Shown here: positions 1 through 11,800 of the stretch, in pieces
How positions within the stretch are numbered: position 1 is the first letter of the stretch
Layout: each line of letters opens with the position of its first letter
Assembly: GCF_035084215.1 (NCBI RefSeq)
Contig: NC_090329.1
Coordinates: 51,274,001 to 51,338,000 of the forward strand
Reading direction: 5' to 3'
DNA: 64,000 bases
From: Heptranchias perlo
Taxonomy: Eukaryota
Notes under the pieces: generated by a model
The model's input: the letters and a program-made list of their open reading frames with translations, nothing else
Told to the model about the DNA's origin: nothing
The model's database searches: none
Program-made: the position numbers and the translations under genes

Positions 1-2818
1 CCTTGTCCCTTCAAATGAAGGGTCATTGCAGACCTGCAGAAGCCCTTATAGCATGCTTAAAGAAGGTACTGAGTGTTTGCCCTTAGAAGTGATAAAGGTG
101 GTAGTTAACTAACATCCTTTTTTGTCCAATAGAAACATTCCAGGCAGTTTAATGTGAAGTTTTGAAGCCTGTTTTTTTTAACCTCCTCTCCAGGCACAAA
201 ACCAATTTATGCAGGCAGATCAGGAAAAGGAAGATTGCCTCAAGACAAAGCTTTCACTAACACTTCAAGAATTTAAAGACAAGGACCAGGTCATCACAAC
301 CTCAGTTTATCAAAGAAGAACCATTCCTTTTCTCCCTCCTGTACCAGGTTCATCTTAAATCATCCATATTAGTCATAGCTATCACTAAGCACATTTCCTA
401 TCAAAAAAGGAAGCTAGCTCAGGTTGACTCATGAAGCTTTAGGTTGCTATTGTAATGACAAAATACCACTAATGGATTGGTCAACACAACAAAATGTTTG
501 AAAGGTTGATTTATTTTAATTTAAAATAAGTAACTTTCATTTTAAAAATCCATGAAAGGAAAATGAAAATGAGAAATTTTGGAAATACATCCTAGGCCTA
601 TTAGCATCTAGGTTATAGACTTAAGTAAAGAGAGAGCAAAAAAAAACCAGCTGAATCACCTAAGAACAGCTTTGAAACATACATATAATATGCAATGTAA
701 TTTCTAAAAAAGGTAAAACATCCTAATTGGAAAGAAACAGGCAGGAAAATGGGAAAAGACAATTAAGGTCTGAAGTTGCTTAAAAGACTAGTTAATTTGT
801 CACTGATCAGTGACAATACTATTGCTACAGTTTGTTGTGGTTGGAACAGTACAGGAGGACCAAGAATGAGAGAGAAGGGATGGAGGTTAGAACAAAGAAA
901 GGTTAGATGGCACACTACTGACAGAACAGATGTTTTGGAAAAATGATCATTCAATCCACATTTACAAAACCACCCACAATAGTGGAGACTGCTTTGTGAG
1001 CAGCTAATAGGGATTAATGCAGACAATTTAAAATTGTATGTGGCAGAAAATGAACTATCCTTCATTTGAAGCAGCAGTAAATATTCTGGGAAACAGATCA
1101 CACCATTAACATGCTCATCTTTTCTTGAAGTGAGAATACATTTGAGATCACAAGTTGCAGTCCCAACAAACAAGCACAGCAGTGTTGTCAAGTAGAGTTG
1201 GACCAGGGGGAAGACAAAGCAAACAAAGGCAGAAAAGAAAATACGTCAGCATAGAAGCACACACACAAAGACATTGTAAAGTGCATGTTGCACATTTCCA
1301 TGAAGGTAGTAAATGCAAGTCTTCAACTATAGCCACCACTAAAGCAGTGGGGCAGATTTGGAGCTTGTGTACCACAAGTCAGTTGTAGCCTCCACCTCCT
1401 TCTAGTCATACTGCAAGGGAGATCTACCACAGAGGATAACCCTCCATGATTAAGATACTAAGCTGCTTCAGCACCTGCCTTAGTTTTGATCAAGCCTGCA
1501 AGAATAATTTCTATTTTGTCACTCCTTTAAATTCCATTATTAGCATATTCCCCACACATTCAAATCTGTAAAATGTATAACTGGCCTATTAAGGGAGGGA
1601 TTTGTAGCAGCTGAACCATTCAGAACTAAAGTTACATTTGTTAAGGGAAGAAAAAAAAGGAGAATTCTTTGGATGTTAAGGGAGAGGCAAGGAACTGGAG
1701 TGACAACAGGGAGCAGTGGAAGACAACATCCACTCAAGCTGGAGGCTTCAGGGAGGGAAGGTCAGCAGCATTGCACGAAGCGGCTGATTTTTTTGGGGGT
1801 GTTATTTATACATCAAGCTTGTCCCAAAAAACCTTGTCTAGACCAGAAATCAATCATGGATTTAAGCACCGACAGGAGTGCTCAACACCTAATGGCCAGA
1901 GTCTGCAGATAACACCATAGCAGCCATTGGTTAGCATCAGCAAGGTGATGCCATTTCAGATACATGTGGAAACTAATGAGAGGTTAACAGATTTCAAAAA
2001 ATGTAATCAGTGACTCATACCAAAATAGAAACTAGTGTATCCCACAAATTTACATGACAAAACCATTAAATTAATTTATTCCGGCATCACTAGGATTGAT
2101 ATTTACTACAGAAACTCAGACCACTAATTTCAGAACAAGCAACAGAGCATCTGGTGGAGAAATGCACCTTAAAGTGTAACATTGACATTTCACATTAAAA
2201 TTCATAATGTAGCTCTATTACTTTTCCATTAATAAAAGCATTTGATCTCATGCACCCCTACCAAGTGAAGTTAGCCATGGGCAAGTCTTGCCAGTGCTTG
2301 GTCAACTAGCTTTCCTGTAGTGACTATTAAGCCAAGCACACTCCTGTCCTCACTGTGCTGTCCACATTTAAAGATTTGATAGTGGGGTTGGGGTGGTGGG
2401 GGGGAAACTCCTGGCAAGGTCAGGAAAATGGTAGACTTGCTTTCTAGCAGGATTGTTCAACACTGCTGATGCAAAGTGTCTACTTCCTGGTTAAAATGTT
2501 ACAGTACTTGAGGGCACGTCTGAAGGCTTTGGCAGTAGAGCATGTATTCCCTGAGGCAAAGCATGCTGAGATCAGTAAGACACTTCCCTGGACAGATTAG
2601 TTCTATACAGCACCTCACCCCAGAACAGATTTAGAATTACTGACATACTCACTTCATTCAACTCAAAGATGTGGGTTTATGGGCGAGAGACTTGAAGACA
2701 TCCATATTCCATAATGCATAATACATTAACAGATTGAGTGGTACTTAACCTCAACAGGGGGTCAAACCAGGCTATTTTTAAACTCAACAGAATATACACT
2801 AAGCCAGTTCAAATTTCA

Positions 2819-2824
2819 TTTATT
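2819..2824 (-). terminator. Polyadenylation signal AATAAA overlapping the stop codon of copy 1
   Basis: Minus strand reads CAC TAA ATAAATGAAA; copies 2 and 3 read CAC TGA ATAAATAAATG (28822-28827, 49045-49050). Confidence 0.6.
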
Positions 2825-5800
2825 TAGTGGTACATGTGCATTTTTACAAGAATTAGTACAAGAATTAAAAAGATTACTGAACAGCTTCCCAGCACCCACA
2901 GCCAATAAGAGTGCATTGTTCCACCTGAAAAACAAGAAGGTTGATTTGACATTTTCCTCCATGATACTTAAAGGTCACAATTGGCAGTTCTCTAGGGTCT
3001 CAGCTGGGAGAGTGTTAAGGTATACAGGGACCACCAACACTGGGCTGGAAAGAAAAACCCAGCACTCCCAACATCTCACCAGTGGCTCCTGTGGAACGCT
3101 TGCACAGCCACTGCAATATCACATCCAAACAGGAGGAACCAGCTGTATTCAAACCTGGTGATTGCTGGTCACAAGTCAATAGTGATTTGATGAAGGTACA
3201 GAAGTTGACTGGTCAGCATCAAACGTTGGGTTTGTTGAAAGTCAATTTAGTATAACAATCCTGCTGATTAGAGCAGGACAGGGCTGGATGGTTCCTTTCC
3301 AATAAGCTGTGAGAAAGATAATCAACCAAGCACACGAAAGGATACAATAGCCATGCTCATAGAATGTTAAATGCAAGAGCACAAGTCAGAATGGTTTAGT
3401 TATCAATTATCAAAAAAAGGTACCCATTACACCAGTTTGGGCAGTGACCTGGCAAATGACGAGAATCATGAGTTAACAATATTACAGGTGCCTTTAAAAG
3501 CAGTGTTAACTCACCTTGTCCATTCTTGGCTTGTTCCAATGTTCCAGCAAAAAGCCACACTTCTCCAAGAGATACATAATCTTGGAGACTATCCTGACCT
3601 GTAAGAATTTAAGCATTAGTCCAAGGCAGAATATTCACATTCAAATTAATTACAAATGCACTATGTCTTACCTAGTTTTCCAGGTATGCATTGCCCATTG
3701 CAAGAATAGTTGGTAGCTTGTTGCTTATTAGCACAAATCCCAACACTGCAGTGAAAGTATACCTGCAAATATAGTTATTGTTAATAACCTGAAGTATTTA
3801 ACATTAATGCTAGATCATGTTCAAATGAAGCAACTGGACGATGTCATTTGTAAGCTAGTGGGTGAAATGGGTTGAGGCTCAAGAACGCCTTGTGACATTT
3901 AGTTTGCAACCCCGAGACTTACTTTCTTTGGCAAGACTGTTTGTTCTGCAGGAGACAGTTTCAGTGTTTTTACTTCAAATCTTTTCAGATGCTGGGAATC
4001 TTGGATACGGTTTGGTACTGGGTGGAAGACAGCCACGAACATCTCTTCTTTATTCTCACAACTGTTTAGACAGACATTGAGTTTAGACCAAAAAAAGTTA
4101 GTAGAAGCAATAGCTAGACATGTACACTTCATTACCCACCCAGCCTGAATAATATGCCACTCTGGTGGGCTGTTGTGATCAGGAGTTGTAGTCATCCAGC
4201 AATGATCCAACAATAAGTACATTTGAGGATCCTTGTGGTTTAGTAGCTCAACTTCAAAATAAAGGGATTCTGTCCAATTCACCACCACTGGGTATTCATC
4301 ATCTTTGTAGAAATCCAAATAATCTACACCTGTAGAGACAGAAATGTATTAGCTTTTTGTACAGGGGATGAATAGATCAAAATGTAATGTCTGTCCAGCT
4401 TACTTTTGTAAATCCTTGAATGTATGTTCCAAGTGTGCCTTGGCTTCTTGTGCCCTAAAATTAAAAAAGATGCTGTAGTTGCTATATAAAATTCTTATGC
4501 CAAGACCAGTCAGATGAAGACTTAACCCATCTCTTGCCCAGTTTACAATGCCTGAATACAAGAGTGTCCATGTTCCAAGGATATCAGTTTCAGAATACAA
4601 TAGCAAGCCAAGTGAGGAACTCAAGTCCCTGAACAGTTCATGCACTGAGTGGCTTTCAGGGCATTCGACAGTAGATAATTATCATAAGTGTAAAAAGACA
4701 AATACTGTCTATTTTTTAAAACCCCCACTAATTGAGAAAAAAAGCTATTTAATCCAAATTCATTAGGTAAGGTAGACATGTGCATGCATTTTAAAAATGC
4801 AGACTATGGGCACTTACTTTCAACAAGGCTAAGTTGAAAACATATGTTCCATATTAGTTAACAGAATTCAAACCAACAGGAGATTCAGTGCATACTCACC
4901 CCTCACTATTTGCAATCTATTGGCTGTAGAATTGTGACCAGTGCCTTTCTGGTATCCCTTCACAAACCCAAGGGCCAACGTATTGTTTATTTTGTACCGA
5001 CAAGAGACAGTTAACCTATCGGGAAAAATAAAGCAAGCTTATCACCACTCCCACAAGTCTACAGCTATCTATTTTGCACAGCTGTACCTACCGATAATCT
5101 GGGTCTCTGGTTATCACTGGGAAATCAACAGGGATCAGCTCTCTTGGGTATGAAACTTCATTCTCATAGATCAAGTAGTTTCCTTTAATCTAAACAGCAT
5201 CATGTGATTACAACCACAAAGCTATGCATGCCAGAATACATGTTAATTTGCAAGTGCAGGACTAGCAAAGTTTTTTTTTGGGGGGGGGGGTGGTGCAGGA
5301 AGGGGGATGTATTTGCTATACTTTAAATTGTAAGTATCAGTGAACCCAAGACTTACTGTTCTTGTGGTACCACAGCTGTCAACATGAAATTGGAAGAGGG
5401 CTTTATCGTGATCAAATTCCCTTGGCTGACATTTTCCATCCCTCAGTACCAACTTACTAGGATCTAGGTCAGGTAGTGTATCCACAACTGCAGTGACCAC
5501 CATGGTTCCATTGGGACAGCATACTACAACAAAATGCAAAGTAGTTTACTTCAATTATAGGTTAATCTTTTGATCCAGATTCTGCCTACATTGTAAAGCT
5601 TACCTGCAAGATCTACAGCAGGAAAATTGCAGGATACTGAGAAATGGATCTCAATCCTTAATGTATTTTTGTCTTTCAGTGTCAGGTTGAGCCGAGCTAC
5701 AATTCCATGAAGGCTCAGTTCCTAAAGAAAGTGAAGCTACAGTTACTTTATACAAATGTAGAAGCTGGCAAATAAGAAAAAGGTGACATGCATCACATAC

Positions 5801-8800
5801 CTCATAAATCACACCCATTGCAGAGAGAGGGACACCAAACAAAATATGGGTTGTATTATCCACAATGAGGTACCCATAATCATGTGCAGATTGTGGTGTC
5901 ACCAGCATTTTACCAATGAATGGAAGCCAGTAATGCACCAAGTTCCCATGAGTTACTAGTAGATACATGGTCTTTTTGTCACAGAATCCAGTGGCCTTGG
6001 GCAATACTAGAAGGGGAAAAAAGGCACTTAGTTGTCTGTACTATTCTGTTCATACAAAGAATTTGTGACTACTCACCAATATCTGCCACTTCACACATTA
6101 TCTCAACATCCTGGATAAAGAGTTCATTTTCTGGAATGATGTTGAAAGTGTAGATAACATTCAGTGTGTAGCGTCTGATGTCAGAATGTAGATGCTGGAA
6201 GAGAAATAGTGGCCACTTTGTAGCTCAGAATAAGAGAACTTGCATGTTCTATAGTAGCTGGATGCTATTCTGAAAGTCATTTTCTCCTCCCTCTGGGCAC
6301 ATGATAGCGTGAAGACAATTGACTCCTACCTCATGTTGAGAAATACATATGCTCCATTGCATTAGAACTATCTAGGTTATTATTTTACAAGTCCTGCTCT
6401 TCCCTTCAAATTGATTGTAGAATGATTTCGCTTCCAAAACCCCATATTCTTCCTACCAGGAAGAAGTCTTCCTTAGACTAGAACACCAGTAAGGTGGGAA
6501 TAAATGCTATTGATTTGCATTCTGGGCATTTAGTTTCCACCATCACCCAAATTGTTTGAAAGGATGCAGAATAAACCCTAGAGCATGAAATCCTTGTGGG
6601 GTGGGGGGAGGGCAGGGAGATGTACCCAAACAGCTGTTGAATTAACACAATCTGAACCCCTTCAGGTGAAGGAAGTTGACAAATACCAGCATTAAAAAAA
6701 ATGCTGTTGTCCTAGAGCTGTGCAAGAAACAAAGTGACAGAAGCATTAAGAGTTCAGTTCCACACAAGTAGAATTGTAGTGTACTGGAAACATACAAGTA
6801 GTACGATCCTAGTTCCAACCACGACTGCTTCCAACTTGATGTTGGGCATTAGACCAATGATACCAGAGTGGCTCAAGTATTTCATCAGCAGCTAACACCA
6901 TTGAAGTATTGTGAATCTTATTGCCAACTCCCCAAAGTCATTGAAGGCAAAAACACTAACAAGACTACAGGCTAGAGTATGATTAATAGACCAGCAAAAA
7001 ACCTCACTGCTCTAAGACTACAACAGCTCAGGCTATTGCTCTATCCAAGCTGTCCCTGCGCCCTGGATTTAAATTAACAGCTTATGAAATTTAGATTTTG
7101 CAGCTCAGGTTAAAATATTTTAACCTGGTCAATATTGTTTGTGGATAATTACTGTAAAATCAGTTCAACCAATACTTCTGCACAGGTGTCACTTGTTTGA
7201 TCTAGTTCTGATCACTTCACTCGAGCAATGACCAAATAAATTTGGGATCTTAATAACCAGCTCATTTTATTGTGACGTCAAACTAGTGACACCATAGTTT
7301 CTACAACAGGATAGGAAAGGGATGAAGGGGTCAGTTAAAACTAGATAAATTATCTGTACATTATAGGATACTCATTGGCTTAAAACCAAAATTTCAGCAC
7401 AAAGATTACACTAGCCACTTTACCTCTTGCTTCACATTTACATTCTCAAAGGGAACTTCCAATATGTAGGCTTTAGTGTCGTTAGGCAATATAGTTTCAT
7501 AGATTTTGAAACCCATTTGGTCTGCCTGATCCACTGTGACCATCTGTGTTCCTACAGTTAGAGTTACAAGCTTGACATCAGGAAGGAAGCTTTCTAAAGT
7601 AATATTGAACACTCGCTTTACTGGAATGGTATCTGAAGAAAAAAGAAAAAAAAGTTACCCAAAGTATTACTCTACTTAAAAAATGTAGTTGTCTCCTATG
7701 TTACTTACTATTGGTCACAATTGGTGGCTGAAGCATGAAGGGTGTGGCAACTGGATGGATCACTGTGTACTTTGTTAGCTTCCATTGATGTTCTACAAAT
7801 AATTCTATGTAGTACAAAATGCCATATTGTCCATGAGATATAAGGCTCTGAAACACAAATTAGTATCTGGTTATTAAGTAGCCCTCACCACTACTGCAAC
7901 AGATTAAGTAGTAATTCAAAGGTTTTAATCTATTGATCCCATAAGAGTTAGGAGCAGGCCTTTTGGCCCCTCAAGCCTGCTCTGCCATTCAATGAGATCA
8001 TGGCTGATCTGATTTTTAACTCAACTCCACTTTCCCACCTTTTGCCCCATATCCTTTGACTCCCTTGCTGATCAAAAATTTGTCTAACTCAGCCTTGGAT
8101 GTATTCAATGACTCAGCCTCCACAGCTTTTTGGGGTAAAGAATTCCAAAGATTCACGACCCTCTGGGAGAAGAAATTCCTCCTCATTTCCATCTTAACAG
8201 GCAACCCCTTATTCTGAGACAATGCCCCCTAATTTTAGATTCCTCCATTAAGGGATACCATCCTCTCAGCATCTACTCCATTGAGACCCCTCAGAATCTT
8301 GTATGGTTCAATAAGATTGCCTCTCATTCTTCTAAACTCCAATGAGTATAGATCCAACCTGTTCCAACTTTCCTCATAAGACAACCCTTCCCTACCTGGA
8401 ACCAACCTAGTGAACCTTCTCTGAACTGCCTCCAATGCAAGTATGTCCTTCCTTAAATAAGCAGACCAGAACTGTACACAGTACTCCAGGTGTGGTCTCA
8501 TCAGCACCCTGTACAGTTGTAGCCTGACTGCCCTGCTTTTATACTCCATCCCTCTAGAAATAAAGGCCAATATTTTGTTGGCCTTCAGGATTACCTGCTG
8601 CACCTGTATGTTGACTTTCATATACGAGGACACCCAGATCCCTCTACTTCAGCATTTTGTAGTATTTCTCCATTCAAAAAATATTTTGCTTTTTTATTTT
8701 TTCTCCTAAAGTAGATGACTTCACATTTTCCTACATTATATTCCATCTGCCAAATTTTTGCCCATTCACTTAACCTGTCAATATCCCTTTGCAGACACTG

Positions 8801-11800
8801 GCCTCATCACAACATGCTTTTCAACTATTTGTATCAGCAAATTTGGCCACAAGACACTGTTCCTTCATCCAAGTCATTGATATATATTGTAGATAGTTGA
8901 GGCCCCAGCACTGAGCCATGCGGCACCCAACTAGTTACAGATTGCCATTTTGAAAATGACTTTTATCCTGACTCTTTGTTTTCGGTTAGTTAGCCAATCC
9001 TCTATCCATGCCAGTATATTATCCCCAACACCATGAGCTCTTATCTTGTGCAGTAATCTTTTATGTGGCACCTTATCGAAATCCAAATATACTGCATCCA
9101 TTGTTTCCCCTTCATCCACCCTGCCTGTTACTTCCTCAAAGAAGTCTTAAAGTTTGTCAGACACTATTCCCCCTTCATAAAACCATATTGACCCACCTTG
9201 ATTGAGAGTCTCTCAATGTCCTGCTATTACTTCCTTAATAATGGATTCTAGCATTTTCCCAATGATAGATGTTAGGCTAACTGGTCTATAGTTACCTGCT
9301 TTCTGTCTCACTCCCTTCTTGAATAGGGGTGTTAAGTTTGCAGTTTTCCAATCCGCTGGGACCTTTCCAGAATCTAGTGAATTCTGGAAGATTATAACCA
9401 ATGCATCCACTTCCTTTACGACCCTCAGATACAAGCAATCAGGTCCAGGGGACTGGTCAGCCTTTAGACCCATTAGTTTACCTAATATTTTGGCCCTCTC
9501 TAGTGAGTTTAGTTCCTCCCTCCCTCCCTTTTGCCCCTTGATTTTCTATTATTGTTATGTTATTAGTTTCTATTGTGAAGACAGATACAAAATATCTGTT
9601 CATTTCCTTGTTTTTCATTATTTCCCAGTCTCATCCTTTAAGGGATGAATGTTTACTTTAGCTACCCTCTTTCTTTTTAATATACTTGGAGTAAACTAGC
9701 AAGAAATGTAAAAACTTCATTTATTTTCTATTATTCTTTTAGTCATCCTTTGCTGTTTTTTAAAGTTTTCCCAATCTTCAGGCTTACCAGTAGTCTTTGC
9801 CATGTTGTACGCTTTTTCTTTTAACCAGATACCATCCTTTACTTCTTTAGTTCGCCATGTTTGGTTCATCCTTTTTTGTGGAGTCTTTCCCACTCAGGGA
9901 TATATTTTTGTTGCAAGTCATAAAATATCTTTAAATGTTTGCCACTGCTTATCCACAATCATACCTAGTCCTCTTTAGCCAATTCTGCCCTCATTTAAGT
10001 TTAATACTGTAGTTTTCGACCCAAGATCCTCACTCTCAAACTGGATGTGAAATTCTATCATGTTATGATCACTGCTTCCCAAGTAATCCTTTACTTTGAG
10101 ATCATTAATCAACCCTGTTTTGTTACCCATTACCAGATCCAAAATGGCCTGTTCCCTGATGTATTGGTCTAAGAAAAACAGTCCCTAATACATTCTATGA
10201 ACTCCTCCTCAGGGCTATTTTTGCCAATTTGATTTGTCCAATCTTTGTGAAAGTTAAAATCACCTATGATTATTGTAATACTTTTTTTTTTTTTTAAAAA
10301 GCCCCCCCCTTATTTCTTGATTTATATTTTGCCCTACAGTAGCTACTGTTAGGGGGCCTATATACTACTCCCACCAGTGATTTTTTTCCCTTGCTATTTC
10401 TTACCTCCACCCAAATTGATGCAACATCTTGATCGTCTGAGCCAAGATCATCTCACTATTATACCAATTTCATCCTTTATTAAGAGAGCTACCCCAACAC
10501 CTTTACTTTCCCCCCCCCCCCACTGTCCTTCTGAAATGTTAAATAACTGAATATTTAGCTCCCAACCTTGGTCACCTTGCAACCACATCTCTAATGGCCA
10601 CGAGATCATATCCATTTGTTTCTATTTGTGCCGTCAATTCATCTATCTTTATGAATGCTGTGTGCAGATAAAGAACCCTTAATTTTGTCTTTTAACCATT
10701 CGTTCCTACCCCATTTGCGAATGCACTCGTTTGTACGCTCCGTCCCTGCCTGACGCACTCTGGTATCATTACCCCAATCACTTTCCTGTACTACTTCCTT
10801 GTCTTTTCTCTATCAAACTAAACTTCACCCTACCTGAGCCCTCCCCCATTTAGTTTAAACCCTTCTCTGCCGCCCCAGTTGTTCAGTTTGCCAAAACACT
10901 GGTCCCAGCATGGTTCAGGTGAAGCCCATCCCAATGGAACAGCTTCCTCTTTCCCAGTACTGGTGCCAGTGCCCCATGAATCAAAACCCAGTTCTCCCAC
11001 ACCAATCTTTGAGCTATGCATTCATCTGATCTGATTTACCTTTTGCTAATCTGCTCGTGGCTCAGGTAATAATCCAGAGATTTTTAAATTTAGTCCCTAG
11101 CAGCTCAAACTCCCTCAGCAGAACCTCTTAGTCTTACCTATATTGTTCGTACCTTTGTGGACATGATAACTGGATCCTCCCCCTCAAAGTTTCTCTCCAG
11201 CCTGGAGGAGATGTCCTTAACCCTGGCACCAGGCAGGCAACACAGCCTTTGGGACTCTCGCCCTTGGCTGCAGAGAACAGTATCTATCCCTCTAACTATA
11301 CTGTCGCCTACTACAACCACATTCCTTTTTACTCCCCCAACTTGAACAGCCCCCTGAACCACAGTGCCATGGTCAGTTTGCTCATCCTTCCTGCACTCGT
11401 CCACAAGAACCTAGTATCTATTGGACAAGTGCAGAGGCCGAGGCTCCTGCAATTCTACCTCCTGGATTCCCATACCTGCCTTGCTCACAGTCACACCCTC
11501 CGGTCCCTAACCACGCACCAATTCTACAGTATTTAGACTGAGGGAATGACTGCCTCCTGGATCAAAGTGTCCAGGTAACTTTCTCCCTCCCTGATGCCTC
11601 GCAATGTCTGCAGCTCCTCAACTCAGAGCCGAAGTTACTCATGCTGTAGGCATTTACCACAGATGTAGTTGCCCTGGACAAAACTGTCCAGCAGCTCCCA
11701 CATATTGCAGCTGCAACACATCTCCTGCCCAGTCATAACTTTTATTTAATTGATTACTAAAATGCCAATTAAATTATTTTTTAGGTTGAACCAAGTACTG

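Noticed and set aside
763-1920. Short ORFs in the 3' flank (142, 77, 83, 79 aa)
   Set aside because: No recognisable domain, and the frames are broken by indels in at least one paralogous unit.
2320-2640. Possible old SINE fragments here and at ~2960-3290
   Set aside because: Only a vague resemblance; no A/B boxes or boundaries could be supported.
3899-4318. Single-ORF calls such as the 139-aa MDFYKDDE.. frame
   Set aside because: These read through short introns of the ZP gene (here exons 19-20) and are not independent genes.
4404-4454. Basic cluster RGHKKPR in the ZP-N/ZP-C linker as a furin site
   Set aside because: It does not match R-X-K/R-R and is not at the canonical position after ZP-C.
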